The translations under genes were made by a program, and so were the position numbers. Under the pieces are notes generated by a model. It worked only from the letters and a program-made list of their open reading frames with translations, searched no databases and was not told the DNA's origin. Shown piece by piece: positions 1-9,380 of a stretch of 59,304 nucleotides of DNA. The stretch's first letter is position 1. Each line of letters starts with the position of its first letter. This DNA is from a virus (taxonomy: Duplodnaviria; Caudoviricetes), in IMG/VR virus record IMGVR_UViG_3300005805_000098, positions 1-59,304 of that record. The stretch is one strand, 5' to 3'.

Positions 1-1
1 T

Positions 2-469
2 ATCCGTTCGAACCCAGAGTTCATCGAGGTAACAAAGTACGCTGCTCCAGGAAACTTCATGCTCGGTGAAATTGGACGTCTATACGACGTAGTATTCATT
101 GAGACCACACAGGTTAAGAAGTTGGCTGTTAACGCTTCTTACACAACCTCTACAAGCGTAGGAGTTCCTGCGTCTCAGATTGAGGTACCTGTTAAGGCCA
201 ACACTCGCCCAGGTTCAGGCGGTAACCCAGAGTCTGCAGATTTCACTGCTGAAAAAGGTTACTTAACAACAGCAACTGGTAACGGTGCTGAAGTTTACGA
301 ATCTATCATGATTGGTGACAACGCATTTGGTCACGCAATCTCCCTCCCAGTTGAACTCCGCGATGGTGGCGTTCTCGACTTTGGTCGTGAGCACGCTCTT
401 GCTTGGTATGCAATCTGGGGTCTTGGTGTTATTACAGACCAGGCTATCGTCAAGGTCTACACCAACTAG
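2..469 (+). CDS. Major capsid protein, N4-gp56-like, C-terminal part (5' end outside window)
   Basis: Frame is open from base 2 (IRSNPEFIEVTKYAAPGNFMLGEIGRLYDVVFIETT...). The GEIG...FIET and DFGREHALAWYAIWG motifs are typical of N4-gp56-family capsid C-termini. Confidence 0.8.
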   Translation: MRSNPEFIEVTKYAAPGNFMLGEIGRLYDVVFIETTQVKKLAVNASYTTSTSVGVPASQIEVPVKANTRPGSGGNPESADFTAEKGYLTTATGNGAEVYESIMIGDNAFGHAISLPVELRDGGVLDFGREHALAWYAIWGLGVITDQAIVKVYTN

Positions 470-476
470 TTTTACC

Positions 477-519
477 TTGTGTCTGGGAGCCATACTCCTT
501 CTTTGGCTCCCAGACATAA
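477..519 (+). promoter_or_regulatory. Stem-loop after capsid gene with anti-SD-like loop
   Basis: Perfect 12-bp stem TGTCTGGGAGCC (480-491) / GGCTCCCAGACA (505-516), loop ATACTCCTTCTTT, no U-tract. Confidence 0.6.
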
Positions 520-549
520 ATAACTACACAACTTAGGAGAACAAATACC

Positions 550-933
550 GTGGCAAATAAAGCAACAAGTCCATTGGATGCAACAGGAGTTGCAGCCGAA
601 AGAGCAGCAAAGAAGAATGCTGCAGAATTAAAGAAGCGACAAGAAGAACTTTCTGTTGCTAATCAGTTAGAGGCAGAATCTCTTGAAAAAGATGTCTTTG
701 ACCCAAAGAAACCAGACGCTCCACTTGTATTAGATGAGATTGAGGACGTCGGAGTATCAGTGTCGAATGAGTACGTAGTCATTCGAACAATTACAGACAT
801 TGATGACATGACTTTTGGTGTCGTAAATGGAACTCCGCAAAGTTATTCTTTTAAATCGGGTGTTAAGTACCGTGTTCCACGGCACATCGCTGATTATTTA
901 GAGCAACTTGGGTACATTTGGCGGCCCAACTAA
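550..933 (+). CDS. Hypothetical head-associated protein
   Basis: 127-aa ORF with AGGAG SD, directly downstream of the capsid gene. Confidence 0.6.
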   Translation: MANKATSPLDATGVAAERAAKKNAAELKKRQEELSVANQLEAESLEKDVFDPKKPDAPLVLDEIEDVGVSVSNEYVVIRTITDIDDMTFGVVNGTPQSYSFKSGVKYRVPRHIADYLEQLGYIWRPN

Positions 934-946
934 GCCGTCGCAAGTA

Positions 947-1001
947 GTTCGTCCCTCAACTGGTTCCCGCCCTCCTCCCAGTTGGGGGTCGGACCTTTTT
1001 T
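947..1001 (+). terminator. Intrinsic terminator with CCTCCTC loop
   Basis: Stem CCCTCAACTGG / CCAGTTGGGGG, 14-nt loop TTCCCGCCCTCCTC, followed by TTTTTT. Confidence 0.7.
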
Positions 1002-1058
1002 GCGCTGTGAAATTGGCAATTACAAGAGAGAATTGTCACAACTAGTTTTGGAGGTTCC

Positions 1059-2123
1059 GTGGCTACACTCTCAGTCCTGGCTGACAGGCTGCGCTATGAA
1101 ATTGGCGATATTCCCAAATCATTTGTGTATTCATTTACAGCAGACGGAACTACTAATAGATTTTTAATTCCTTATTCGCCTTTAGATGGCGCAAACTTAG
1201 TAATTACTCAAGACAATGTAAACGTATCTGATGATGTTGAAGTTGAAGAAGCCACAGGCTACATAGTTTTTGATACAACTCCTTCAGATGGAGACGTAGT
1301 TATTGTTGCTGGTAATTACTTTAAATATTTCACATCTAGAGAAGTAGAGCATTACATATCAACTGCTTTTACTGAACACTCTTTAAACCACACTGACTCT
1401 TATGGTCGTACAATGACGATGGCTAATCTGCCTGGAGTTGAAGAATACCCAGTGGTTGTATACGCTTCTGTTCTTGCACTATATGCATTGGCAAACGATG
1501 CTGCTTTTGACATTAACGTATTTGCACCAGATGGTGTAACTATTCCTCGTTCTGAGCGTTATCAACAGTTGATGCAGATGGCTCAGGCTCGTCAAGCCCA
1601 GTACCGTGAACTTTGCTCACAACTTGGTATTGGTATGTACAAGATTGACGTCTTTAGCGTTAGAAGAATCTCTAAAACAACTAATCGTTATGTACCAATC
1701 TATCAACCTATGGAAGTTGATGATAGGTCCACACCGATTCGTGTGTTTGTTCCAATACCAACGTATGGCGGAACACAGCCAGAGGTTACTGCAATCGTTC
1801 AGGACCTCTATGTATACGAAGGCGACGACTATGTCTTTAACGTAGTCTTTGATTTTGAGTTAGACACCTTTACGCCTACTGCCGAAATTCGGCAGATGCC
1901 AGGAAGTTCGGCACTTATAACTTCCTTTACAATTACAAAACCAGATGTTGGTACAGGTGATGGAGCAGGGCTTCGTACTCTACAGTTAGCCCTTACTGAA
2001 GCACAGACCCGCAGTCTTCCTGCAACGTCGTACTACGACATTCAAATGGTTGATGCAGATGGCGTTACAAAGACGTATGTCACGGGTAAAATCTTCAAGA
2101 CTAAAGAGGTGACTACTGAATGA
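1059..2123 (+). CDS. Head-tail adaptor/neck protein with C-terminal Ig-like domain
   Basis: LRYEIGD N-terminus and SERYQQL helix resemble adaptor proteins. C-terminal YYDIQM...TYVTGKI resembles BppU-like domains. GGAGGT SD present. Confidence 0.55.
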   Translation: MATLSVLADRLRYEIGDIPKSFVYSFTADGTTNRFLIPYSPLDGANLVITQDNVNVSDDVEVEEATGYIVFDTTPSDGDVVIVAGNYFKYFTSREVEHYISTAFTEHSLNHTDSYGRTMTMANLPGVEEYPVVVYASVLALYALANDAAFDINVFAPDGVTIPRSERYQQLMQMAQARQAQYRELCSQLGIGMYKIDVFSVRRISKTTNRYVPIYQPMEVDDRSTPIRVFVPIPTYGGTQPEVTAIVQDLYVYEGDDYVFNVVFDFELDTFTPTAEIRQMPGSSALITSFTITKPDVGTGDGAGLRTLQLALTEAQTRSLPATSYYDIQMVDADGVTKTYVTGKIFKTKEVTTE

Positions 2124-2440
2124 GCCAATACGTAAGGCCAGGGGCTAACTCAACGACGTATGTAAATGACGTCATTAGCATAACCACGCCTTCAGGAACC
2201 GTATCTTATGGAACCGCTGGTACCTCAACAGAAGTGGTTATCCCAGACCTCGCCTACGCACATACGCAGGCGACCTCCAGTTCTACCTGGACGATAAACC
2301 ATAATCTTGACTTCTATCCTAACGTTACAGTTCAAGATTCAGCAGGTACAATCGTTGAGGGCGAAATTTCTTACACCACTCGGAATCAAGTCGTACTCAC
2401 ATTCGCTGCAGCATTTAGTGGCAAAGCCTACCTATCGTAA
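2120..2440 (+). CDS. Small fibre-associated virion protein
   Basis: WTINHNL...PNVTVQDSAG motif also recurs at the C-terminus of the next fibre (FTITHNLG). Confidence 0.55.
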   Translation: MSQYVRPGANSTTYVNDVISITTPSGTVSYGTAGTSTEVVIPDLAYAHTQATSSSTWTINHNLDFYPNVTVQDSAGTIVEGEISYTTRNQVVLTFAAAFSGKAYLS

Positions 2441-2451
2441 GGAGACCTTGA

Positions 2452-4902
2452 GTGGCACGTAAATATTTAACCCCAATTGATTTAACTAAGTTAGAACTTC
2501 AGAATGCTCGAATTCAAAACTTAGCAACAGCACCAGGAAGCCCAGTAGTTGGTCAAGTCTACTTTGACACTGCTCTTGGATTTTTACGTGTATGGAATGG
2601 TACTGCTTGGGTAAACACTAGCGAAGGTGCGCAAGGCACACAGGGAACTCAAGGCTCTGTTGGTGCAACTGGTGCGCAGGGAACACAAGGAACTGCTGGT
2701 GCGCAAGGTCTTGATGGTGCTAACGGTTCTCAAGGAACTCAGGGAACTCAGGGCACTCAAGGTACTGAAGGTACACAGGGAACTCAAGGTACGCAGGGAA
2801 CTGCTGGTGCTCAAGGTTTAGATGGTGCTAATGGTGCACAGGGCACTCAAGGTACTCAAGGAACTCAAGGCACCGAAGGTGCACAGGGTGTACAAGGAAC
2901 TCAAGGAACGCAAGGCGTTCAGGGCACAGAAGGTCAACAGGGCGTTCAAGGAACTGAAGGTACACAAGGTACACAAGGAACTCTTGGTGCACAAGGAACT
3001 CAAGGAACTGTAGGTTCTCAAGGTACTCAAGGCACTGAAGGTGCGCAAGGTACAACTGGTGCTCAAGGCACTGAAGGTGCACAAGGCACACAGGGAACAA
3101 CGGGTACACAAGGTGTACAAGGTAAAGAGGGTTCGTTCGGTGGTATCTCGTTTGAGTACAACTACGATGCCGTTTATACAATGGCAGACCCAGGCAGTAC
3201 TTATATTCGCCTAAATAATTCTTCAAATTCTTCAGCAACAGCACTTGCAATTGATGACGTAAATGCTGCTTCAGTAGATATTCATCCATATCTACAAACA
3301 ATTGATGACTCTACTTCAACAATCAAAGGTCACGTAAAGATTTCTCTAAAGTCAGATAGCAATACGTTTGCTCTCTACACAATTAGCAACGTAACAGATA
3401 ACGCAACATGGTTTGAAGTATCAATTGCATATGTATCTGGTAACGGTTCGTTTACAGATGAAGATGATGTAATTTTAACCTTCGCTCGCACTGGTGACGT
3501 TGGTGCTCAGGGTACGCAAGGCGTACAGGGTACGACTGGTGCACAGGGAGCAGAAGGAGCGCAAGGCACACAGGGCACCGAAGGTGCACAGGGTGCTGAA
3601 GGAACGCAAGGCGTTCAAGGAACTGAAGGTGCTCAAGGAACTCAAGGAACCGAAGGTGCGCAAGGAACCCAAGGAACCCAGGGCACTCAAGGAGTCGAAG
3701 GACAACAGGGAGTACAAGGAACTCAGGGTACGCAAGGCGTTCAGGGTACAGAAGGTACACAAGGCGCTCAGGGTACTGAAGGTATTCAAGGTCTTGACGG
3801 TGCGCAAGGTGCGCAGGGAACTCAGGGTACGCAAGGTACAGAGGGTTCACAGGGTACGGAAGGTCAGCAGGGAACCCAAGGTACACAGGGAGTACAGGGA
3901 ACTGTAGGTGCGCAAGGCACACAGGGAACTCAAGGTACTGATGGAACTCAGGGTGCTGAAGGTGCTCAAGGTTCTCAAGGAACTGTTGGTGCACAGGGAG
4001 TCCAAGGAACCACTGGTACACAGGGTGTACAGGGTTCAACTGGTACTCAAGGTACTGCTGGTTCTGATGCCACTGTTACAGAAGGTTTTGGTATCCAAGT
4101 TGTTGCAGGTCAAGTATCTGTTGATACAACAGAGATTGCGACTCGTGACTATGTAGATGCAACCGCCCAAGGATTAGATGTAAAAATATCAGTACGTGCT
4201 GCTTCTTCTACCGCACTTGCTGCATACACCTTCTCAAATACAGGTGGTGGAACTCTTACAGCAGATGCTAATGGAGCCCTATCTATAGGTGGAGTAAGCC
4301 CTGCGCAAGGACAGCGTGTACTTGTCAAGGATGAGGCTGGTGCTAATCAGAAGTACAACGGTATTTATATCGTCGCAACTGCTGGTGATGGAAGCACTCC
4401 ATGGGAATTGATGCGTGCAGATGACGCGAACTCTTCAGCAGATGTAACTGCAGGTATGTTTACCTTCGTAGAAGAAGGAACTTACGCAGATACTGGCTGG
4501 GTCCTTTCAACCAACCAGACAATCACTCTCAATACAACTGCCCTAACATTCACACAGTTCTCAGGCGCAGGCGCGTACACATGGGGCGATGGTCTATCTA
4601 ATACTGGTACGACAATCAATGTTGGCGCTGGTACAGGTATTACCGTTGACTCAAGCAACGTAAACGTTGACACAACAGTGGTTGCTCGTAAATTCACAAC
4701 AACAATTGGTGATGGAAGCGCAACTTCATTTACAATTACACACAATCTTGGAACACGTGGAGTGATGGTCTCTGTATACAACGCAGCCTCTGCCTATGAA
4801 GAGGTTGTTGTTGATGTAGAAAAGACAACCACAAACACAGTAACAGTCAAGTTTGCTGAAGCCCCTGCTAATAATGCTTACGTAGTGGCGGTAGTTGGCT
4901 AA
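2452..4902 (+). CDS. Collagen-like fibre protein (816 aa) with two (Gly-X-Gln)n tracts
   Basis: Long GTQ/GAQ/GVQ/GTE triplet tracts. C-terminal fibre domain (GLDVKISVRAA...RVLVKDE...NGIY...RADDA) is seen in phage fibre/decoration proteins. Confidence 0.8.
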   Translation: MARKYLTPIDLTKLELQNARIQNLATAPGSPVVGQVYFDTALGFLRVWNGTAWVNTSEGAQGTQGTQGSVGATGAQGTQGTAGAQGLDGANGSQGTQGTQGTQGTEGTQGTQGTQGTAGAQGLDGANGAQGTQGTQGTQGTEGAQGVQGTQGTQGVQGTEGQQGVQGTEGTQGTQGTLGAQGTQGTVGSQGTQGTEGAQGTTGAQGTEGAQGTQGTTGTQGVQGKEGSFGGISFEYNYDAVYTMADPGSTYIRLNNSSNSSATALAIDDVNAASVDIHPYLQTIDDSTSTIKGHVKISLKSDSNTFALYTISNVTDNATWFEVSIAYVSGNGSFTDEDDVILTFARTGDVGAQGTQGVQGTTGAQGAEGAQGTQGTEGAQGAEGTQGVQGTEGAQGTQGTEGAQGTQGTQGTQGVEGQQGVQGTQGTQGVQGTEGTQGAQGTEGIQGLDGAQGAQGTQGTQGTEGSQGTEGQQGTQGTQGVQGTVGAQGTQGTQGTDGTQGAEGAQGSQGTVGAQGVQGTTGTQGVQGSTGTQGTAGSDATVTEGFGIQVVAGQVSVDTTEIATRDYVDATAQGLDVKISVRAASSTALAAYTFSNTGGGTLTADANGALSIGGVSPAQGQRVLVKDEAGANQKYNGIYIVATAGDGSTPWELMRADDANSSADVTAGMFTFVEEGTYADTGWVLSTNQTITLNTTALTFTQFSGAGAYTWGDGLSNTGTTINVGAGTGITVDSSNVNVDTTVVARKFTTTIGDGSATSFTITHNLGTRGVMVSVYNAASAYEEVVVDVEKTTTNTVTVKFAEAPANNAYVVAVVG
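2626..3141 (+). repeat. 9-bp degenerate tandem repeat (Gly-X-Gln tract 1)
   Basis: CAAGGAACT/CAGGGAACT-type units; boundaries approximate. Confidence 0.9.
3493..4063 (+). repeat. 9-bp degenerate tandem repeat (Gly-X-Gln tract 2)
   Basis: Same unit as tract 1; boundaries approximate. Confidence 0.9.
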
Positions 4903-5186
4903 TGAGCAGAAAAGCCCTTGTTCCAGTAAATGTTTTTGCAACTGAAAACATTCCTCTTGGTCGCTTTCCAGGTGACCTTTACTGGAACACAGATGAACGT
5001 CGTTTGTTTGCTTTTGACGGCGTTTCTTGGCTTCAACTAGTGCCGCTTGCAGATGCAGACATTATTGAAGGCGGAAATGAAGCCGCTGGCTCTGACACCT
5101 ATACTTCTACTGGTGATGGCGGAGATGAAAACGCTGGAAGCGATGCTTACACAAGTTCCTACGATGGTGGAGGAGTGACAGTATAA
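4902..5186 (+). CDS. Small virion/fibre-associated protein
   Basis: GDLYWNT..RLF.FDG.SW fibre motif; internal repeat GGNEAAGSDTYTS / GGDENAGSDAYTS; TAATG coupling. Confidence 0.6.
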   Translation: MSRKALVPVNVFATENIPLGRFPGDLYWNTDERRLFAFDGVSWLQLVPLADADIIEGGNEAAGSDTYTSTGDGGDENAGSDAYTSSYDGGGVTV

Positions 5187-5187
5187 A

Positions 5188-6471
5188 ATGGCAGTCCGTA
5201 TACAACTTAGACGCGGTACCGCAGCAGAATGGTCTGCAAATAACCCAACTCTTGCTGCTGGTGAAGTTGGCGTTGAAACAGACACGCTCAAAATAAAGAT
5301 TGGTAATGGCTCCACTGCTTGGAACTCACTCGGTTATGGTGGACTACAGGGTCTTCAAGGAACCACAGGCGCACAGGGAGTACAGGGAACTCAGGGAGTT
5401 CAGGGAGTACAAGGTGTACAGGGAAGTCTTGGTGAGACTGGAGCGCAAGGCACTCAGGGAACCCAAGGCACTCAGGGAACCCAAGGCACACAGGGAACTC
5501 AGGGAACTCAGGGTCTTGATGGTCAAACTGGTGCCCAAGGTACACAGGGCGTACAGGGAGAGATTGGTTCTCAAGGTACTCAAGGCGTGCAGGGAACTTT
5601 TGGTACCCAAGGCACTCAGGGAACTCAAGGAGTACAAGGAGAAATTGGTTCTCAGGGAGTTCAAGGAGTTCAAGGTACTCAGGGAACTCAAGGAACCCAG
5701 GGAACTCAAGGAGTCGAAGGTCAGCAAGGAACCCAGGGAACTCAAGGTACCCAAGGTACACAGGGCACCCAAGGAACTCAAGGAACTCAAGGTACTCTTG
5801 GAACTCAAGGTGCTACTGGTACATTCGGTGGAGAAACCCACGAATATAACTTCCTAACTGATACAGGTAATACTGACCCAGGAAACGGAAACTTCAAGTT
5901 CAACAATGCAACAATTTCAAGTGCTACTGTTTTGTACATTGACAATGTTGACTTTAATACAAACGATATTACACAGTTACTTCAAACAATTGATGACTCT
6001 ACTTCTGGAATTAAGGGAACTATCAAGTTCACTGAAGTTGGAGATGCAAATAGTTTTGCCTTCTTCCAAATTACAGGCACACATACGCACGAGAGCGGTG
6101 GAGCATACTTCAGCGTTCCTATCGCACACGTAACTGGAACTCTTTCAGTTGTAAACAATGATAATGTTTACATTACCTTTGCTCGTGTCGGTGATAAGGG
6201 TGACACTGGAGCCCAAGGAACTCAAGGAACCCAAGGAACTCAGGGAGTACAAGGCGTACAGGGTGTGCAAGGAGTTCAAGGAGTTCAAGGCGAAACAGGA
6301 ACTCAAGGAGCCCAAGGTACTCAAGGAACGCTCGGTACTCAAGGAGTTCAAGGCACACAGGGAATCCAAGGTACTGAAGGTATTGGAACTCAGGGTACTC
6401 AGGGAACCGCTGGAACATCCCCTTCAGGAACAGCAGCCGTTGCTGATGTACTGATGCTAGGCGGTATGTAA
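5188..6471 (+). CDS. Collagen-like fibre with N-terminal Mtd/hyaluronidase-N-like anchor
   Basis: IQLRRGTAAEW..NPTLAAGEVGVETDT.KIKIGNG.TAWNSL N-terminal motif, plus two Gly-X-Gln tracts. Confidence 0.8.
   Translation: MAVRIQLRRGTAAEWSANNPTLAAGEVGVETDTLKIKIGNGSTAWNSLGYGGLQGLQGTTGAQGVQGTQGVQGVQGVQGSLGETGAQGTQGTQGTQGTQGTQGTQGTQGLDGQTGAQGTQGVQGEIGSQGTQGVQGTFGTQGTQGTQGVQGEIGSQGVQGVQGTQGTQGTQGTQGVEGQQGTQGTQGTQGTQGTQGTQGTQGTLGTQGATGTFGGETHEYNFLTDTGNTDPGNGNFKFNNATISSATVLYIDNVDFNTNDITQLLQTIDDSTSGIKGTIKFTEVGDANSFAFFQITGTHTHESGGAYFSVPIAHVTGTLSVVNNDNVYITFARVGDKGDTGAQGTQGTQGTQGVQGVQGVQGVQGVQGETGTQGAQGTQGTLGTQGVQGTQGIQGTEGIGTQGTQGTAGTSPSGTAAVADVLMLGGM
5341..5832 (+). repeat. 9-bp degenerate tandem repeat (Gly-X-Gln tract 3)
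   Basis: GTQ/GVQ codon repeats; a shorter tract lies at about 6190-6432. Confidence 0.9.
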
Positions 6472-7191
6472 CAACTCTGTACTGCCCCAGTGAATTTGGC
6501 TCTTACGGGCTGCCTCTAAATCAAACTTCACTGGTTTATATACAGTTGGTTTCAAAGTGTATGTAGCAAATCTCATTTGGTCTTGCTCTGCCTTCATACG
6601 AAAATTGAACACGTACCAATCTACAGGTGCTGTAATTCCACGTGTAGCAACGTCTTTCAACGCTTTTTCTGCGCCTCTTCTGCTGACAACGTAGGCTGCA
6701 CAAGACCACTGTTGGTATGACCTACAGATATGCTCTTCGTAGATATCGTGCTGCTGTTCATCATACGCAAATAAAGAATCCTCTGGAACAAATAGTGAAA
6801 AGAAGTCCCAAGTAGGAAGCAACTCTTTCATATAAGAGTGAGCAATTACTTCAAAGTTTTTGCTTAATACAACATCATCTTCAAATATAAACATTACATC
6901 GTGACTGCTATTCAAAAAGTTTTTGTAAGCCAACCAGTTACTTGCCCATACCCCAACCACTCCAGAACTAGGAGGAAAAGTCTCTCCAGGCTGTGCATAG
7001 TCCTGCACGGTGTTCACTATAAAGTCTGGATTTTCATCCATAAACTTTTGGGCTTTTTCTGCTGTATTCAGGTACATTGTTGGCGAACCAAGTCTAGGCA
7101 AAAATGACATGGTCTTTAAAATGCCCTCATAAGAACGATTTCTTACTTCATTTCCAGTATCAGTATGAAAGACTTCAAAGCAGGCACTCAT
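6457..7191 (-). CDS. Glycosyltransferase family 25-like
   Basis: FIFEDDV, AAYVVSRRGAEKAL and PVDW motifs are characteristic of GT25. Confidence 0.75.
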   Translation of the reverse strand: MSACFEVFHTDTGNEVRNRSYEGILKTMSFLPRLGSPTMYLNTAEKAQKFMDENPDFIVNTVQDYAQPGETFPPSSGVVGVWASNWLAYKNFLNSSHDVMFIFEDDVVLSKNFEVIAHSYMKELLPTWDFFSLFVPEDSLFAYDEQQHDIYEEHICRSYQQWSCAAYVVSRRGAEKALKDVATRGITAPVDWYVFNFRMKAEQDQMRFATYTLKPTVYKPVKFDLEAARKSQIHWGSTELLHTA

Positions 7192-7718
7192 AGTTTCTGT
7201 ATCCAGACTTGATATCCCACCTCAAGTAGCCTATAACGGTCTTTACAGACTGTTAGAAAGGCATCCACGCCTCTTTTAGGCTCCAGATACTTATCACCGT
7301 TGTAGTTCCACTCATAATCATCAAAGGCCATAACTCCACCTGGTTCTAAGACCTTAAATGCATTGAGACCATCTAGAGCAGTCTGTAAGGCTGTATGGTC
7401 ACCATCGATATAAATGAAGTTAAAAGTCTTGTCATTGATATTGAAGAACTCATCACTTGTCATTTTGCACTTTACTACTCGTAAATCTGCAGTTCGTGAG
7501 TCGTAATACTCTTCAACTGATTTAAAGTCTAGAGATTCGTGTGCCTTCTCTTCACTTCCTGCCCACGTATCGACATCGTGCAGACGTTCTATCTCTCGAT
7601 TGTTTAATAACCAGATAGTGGCATCTCCCGTGTACGCGCCCACCTGTAGGGCACGTAGCCGTTCTTTAGAAACGTGGCGAAAGTATTTTTCTACATCTTT
7701 AAACCAGTTTGGAAACAC
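7188..7718 (-). CDS. Class I SAM-dependent methyltransferase (Methyltransf_24-like)
   Basis: LQVGAYTG motif I, VDTW, FIYIDGDH, PGGVMAFDDY. Confidence 0.8.
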   Translation of the reverse strand: MFPNWFKDVEKYFRHVSKERLRALQVGAYTGDATIWLLNNREIERLHDVDTWAGSEEKAHESLDFKSVEEYYDSRTADLRVVKCKMTSDEFFNINDKTFNFIYIDGDHTALQTALDGLNAFKVLEPGGVMAFDDYEWNYNGDKYLEPKRGVDAFLTVCKDRYRLLEVGYQVWIQKL

Positions 7719-8278
7719 TAAAACAACCTCATGTTATTTAGACATCCGTTTACATACTCTGGAGCCATCTTGTGGTCATCAAGAAGATGTTGGAACAGAG
7801 CCTTGCTCTCTTCTTTGCGACCAATCCACCAACTAGAAACAGCCTTTTCAAACAGCAAACAATAAGAGCCGTAGTATTCAACCCAACCTGGTAGTGGATT
7901 ATTTAAGGTTAATGGTGCGTACTGCAGACCGATTTCTGCAAATGTGTAAGTCTTTATCCAATCTTTGCGATACTCGTAGTAGCGAGCCAATAAAAAGTAG
8001 GCCTCTGGTCTGCTGGGCATAAATGCAATTGCATGATGCAGCGTGTTTAGAACTGTAGCGCTACGGTCTTGTTGACGTGACCAGCAGAGAGCCATCTTTA
8101 ACAGTGATGTATAGGTCAATAACGGGTCGTTTTTATACCCTAAATCTGCAGCCCTAAGAAAGAACCCAGCAGCAGATGAATGCTGCTTTAATCGTTCATA
8201 TTCTTCTGCTAATGTAAAGTTTTTATTAGCATCCTTTGTGTTTGCAGCAAGGTCAATAACTAGGTCTTTAAGCGCCAT
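7718..8278 (-). CDS. TPR-repeat protein
   Basis: Helical repeats with P.RPEAYFLLARYY, as seen in TPR regions attached to glycosyltransferases. Confidence 0.65.
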   Translation of the reverse strand: MALKDLVIDLAANTKDANKNFTLAEEYERLKQHSSAAGFFLRAADLGYKNDPLLTYTSLLKMALCWSRQQDRSATVLNTLHHAIAFMPSRPEAYFLLARYYEYRKDWIKTYTFAEIGLQYAPLTLNNPLPGWVEYYGSYCLLFEKAVSSWWIGRKEESKALFQHLLDDHKMAPEYVNGCLNNMRLF

Positions 8279-9269
8279 AAGCCAGTGCCTCCGTAATCAT
8301 CTCGTTGACCACATGAGTAGGAACTTCAAGTAAAAATGCGCAATTATCTTGTACTCCGAAACTCAACAATAAGTTTCCGTCTTTTACTGCGGCTCCTGTA
8401 CAGAACTCAATAGCCGTTTCAAGGAACGAGAACTCTTTGCTCAAGCCCTTAAAGTTAAACTCTTTGTCCCAAACTACAAGGCGATGTCTATACACTGAAT
8501 CTTTTTGGTTTAAATAGTTACGCCACAACTTTACCTCGTGAGTAAAACAGAGGTAATAATCTCCCCAAGAAATGACGTGTGAACCACCACGCTGGTCAAT
8601 TGGAGACGGTGGTGTTTCTTTTACAATTGCTTGCTTACACTCTGGTTCATTTGGATTAGCCCATACAACCTCTGTTGGCATAGTCCACTTAACAAAATGA
8701 TAAGGCTTATCAAGAACAGGCATCCAGTTCTTTTCGCAATATGAGGTTGCCTCGTTCACGGGCGCGGGAACGCGTACGCGTGAGACTTCCTTTACTGTCC
8801 AATTATCTTTGTCTATAGTTAATTTACTATATTCCATACGACCCTGGCCGTTAGGAGTAGTGTCTCGCCTAACACCTATGGCGTAGTAGTCGCCGTCCCA
8901 TTGGACTATTCGAGCATCTTCTAATCCAATAAATTCCCATATGGGTTTATGTAGTTCTAACATCTCTATCTGCGCCGAATTAACGATGTTTAAGTCATTG
9001 TCAAGACGGCACAAGTAGTTTACGGTTCTAAGGTGTTGGTCTTTCTCAGGGTGCAGATAGGTAAGGGGCCCCCAAGGACTGTAAAACCTCTGGTCAGCCT
9101 CTGAGATATAGAGAGTGTAGTTAACTATCCTGAGATTTACAAGGATATCGCCATCCTTGTCTACATAAACGCTGGGGTTCATTATCCCAGTGTTGTCTGG
9201 AAGGCTGTGGTTTATAATCAGGGGGGCTAATTTTCCGCCCTGAGAAACCGATTTATGCACCAAATTCAT
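8268..9269 (-). CDS. Beta-propeller glycoside hydrolase/phosphorylase-like protein (GH130/GH43-like)
   Basis: NPSV, LEDARIV, EKNWMP, RGGS, IEFCTG and SFGVQD blade motifs; leaderless start. Confidence 0.6.
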   Translation of the reverse strand: MNLVHKSVSQGGKLAPLIINHSLPDNTGIMNPSVYVDKDGDILVNLRIVNYTLYISEADQRFYSPWGPLTYLHPEKDQHLRTVNYLCRLDNDLNIVNSAQIEMLELHKPIWEFIGLEDARIVQWDGDYYAIGVRRDTTPNGQGRMEYSKLTIDKDNWTVKEVSRVRVPAPVNEATSYCEKNWMPVLDKPYHFVKWTMPTEVVWANPNEPECKQAIVKETPPSPIDQRGGSHVISWGDYYLCFTHEVKLWRNYLNQKDSVYRHRLVVWDKEFNFKGLSKEFSFLETAIEFCTGAAVKDGNLLLSFGVQDNCAFLLEVPTHVVNEMITEALAYGA

Positions 9270-9281
9270 ACTGCCACTTTA
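9270..9281 (-). promoter_or_regulatory. -10 element of leaderless promoter
   Basis: TAAAGT-GGCAGT-ATG on the minus strand, no SD. Confidence 0.55.
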
Positions 9282-9380
9282 GCCCACCAGAACAAAAAAT
9301 ACGAACTAACCTATGCATGTTTAGTCGTACAGGTAGGGCTTTTATCTGTACCTTACTGATACTGCTATTTAAGGAGTCTC

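Noticed and set aside
2626-6432. Tandem repeats as a possible CRISPR array or DGR template
   Set aside because: Units are in-frame 9-bp codon repeats without unique spacers. No cas1/cas2 or reverse transcriptase is present.
2584-6454. Many overlapping alternative-frame and antisense ORFs over the collagen genes
   Set aside because: They are by-products of the stop-poor 9-bp repeat, with no RBS and with repetitive translations.
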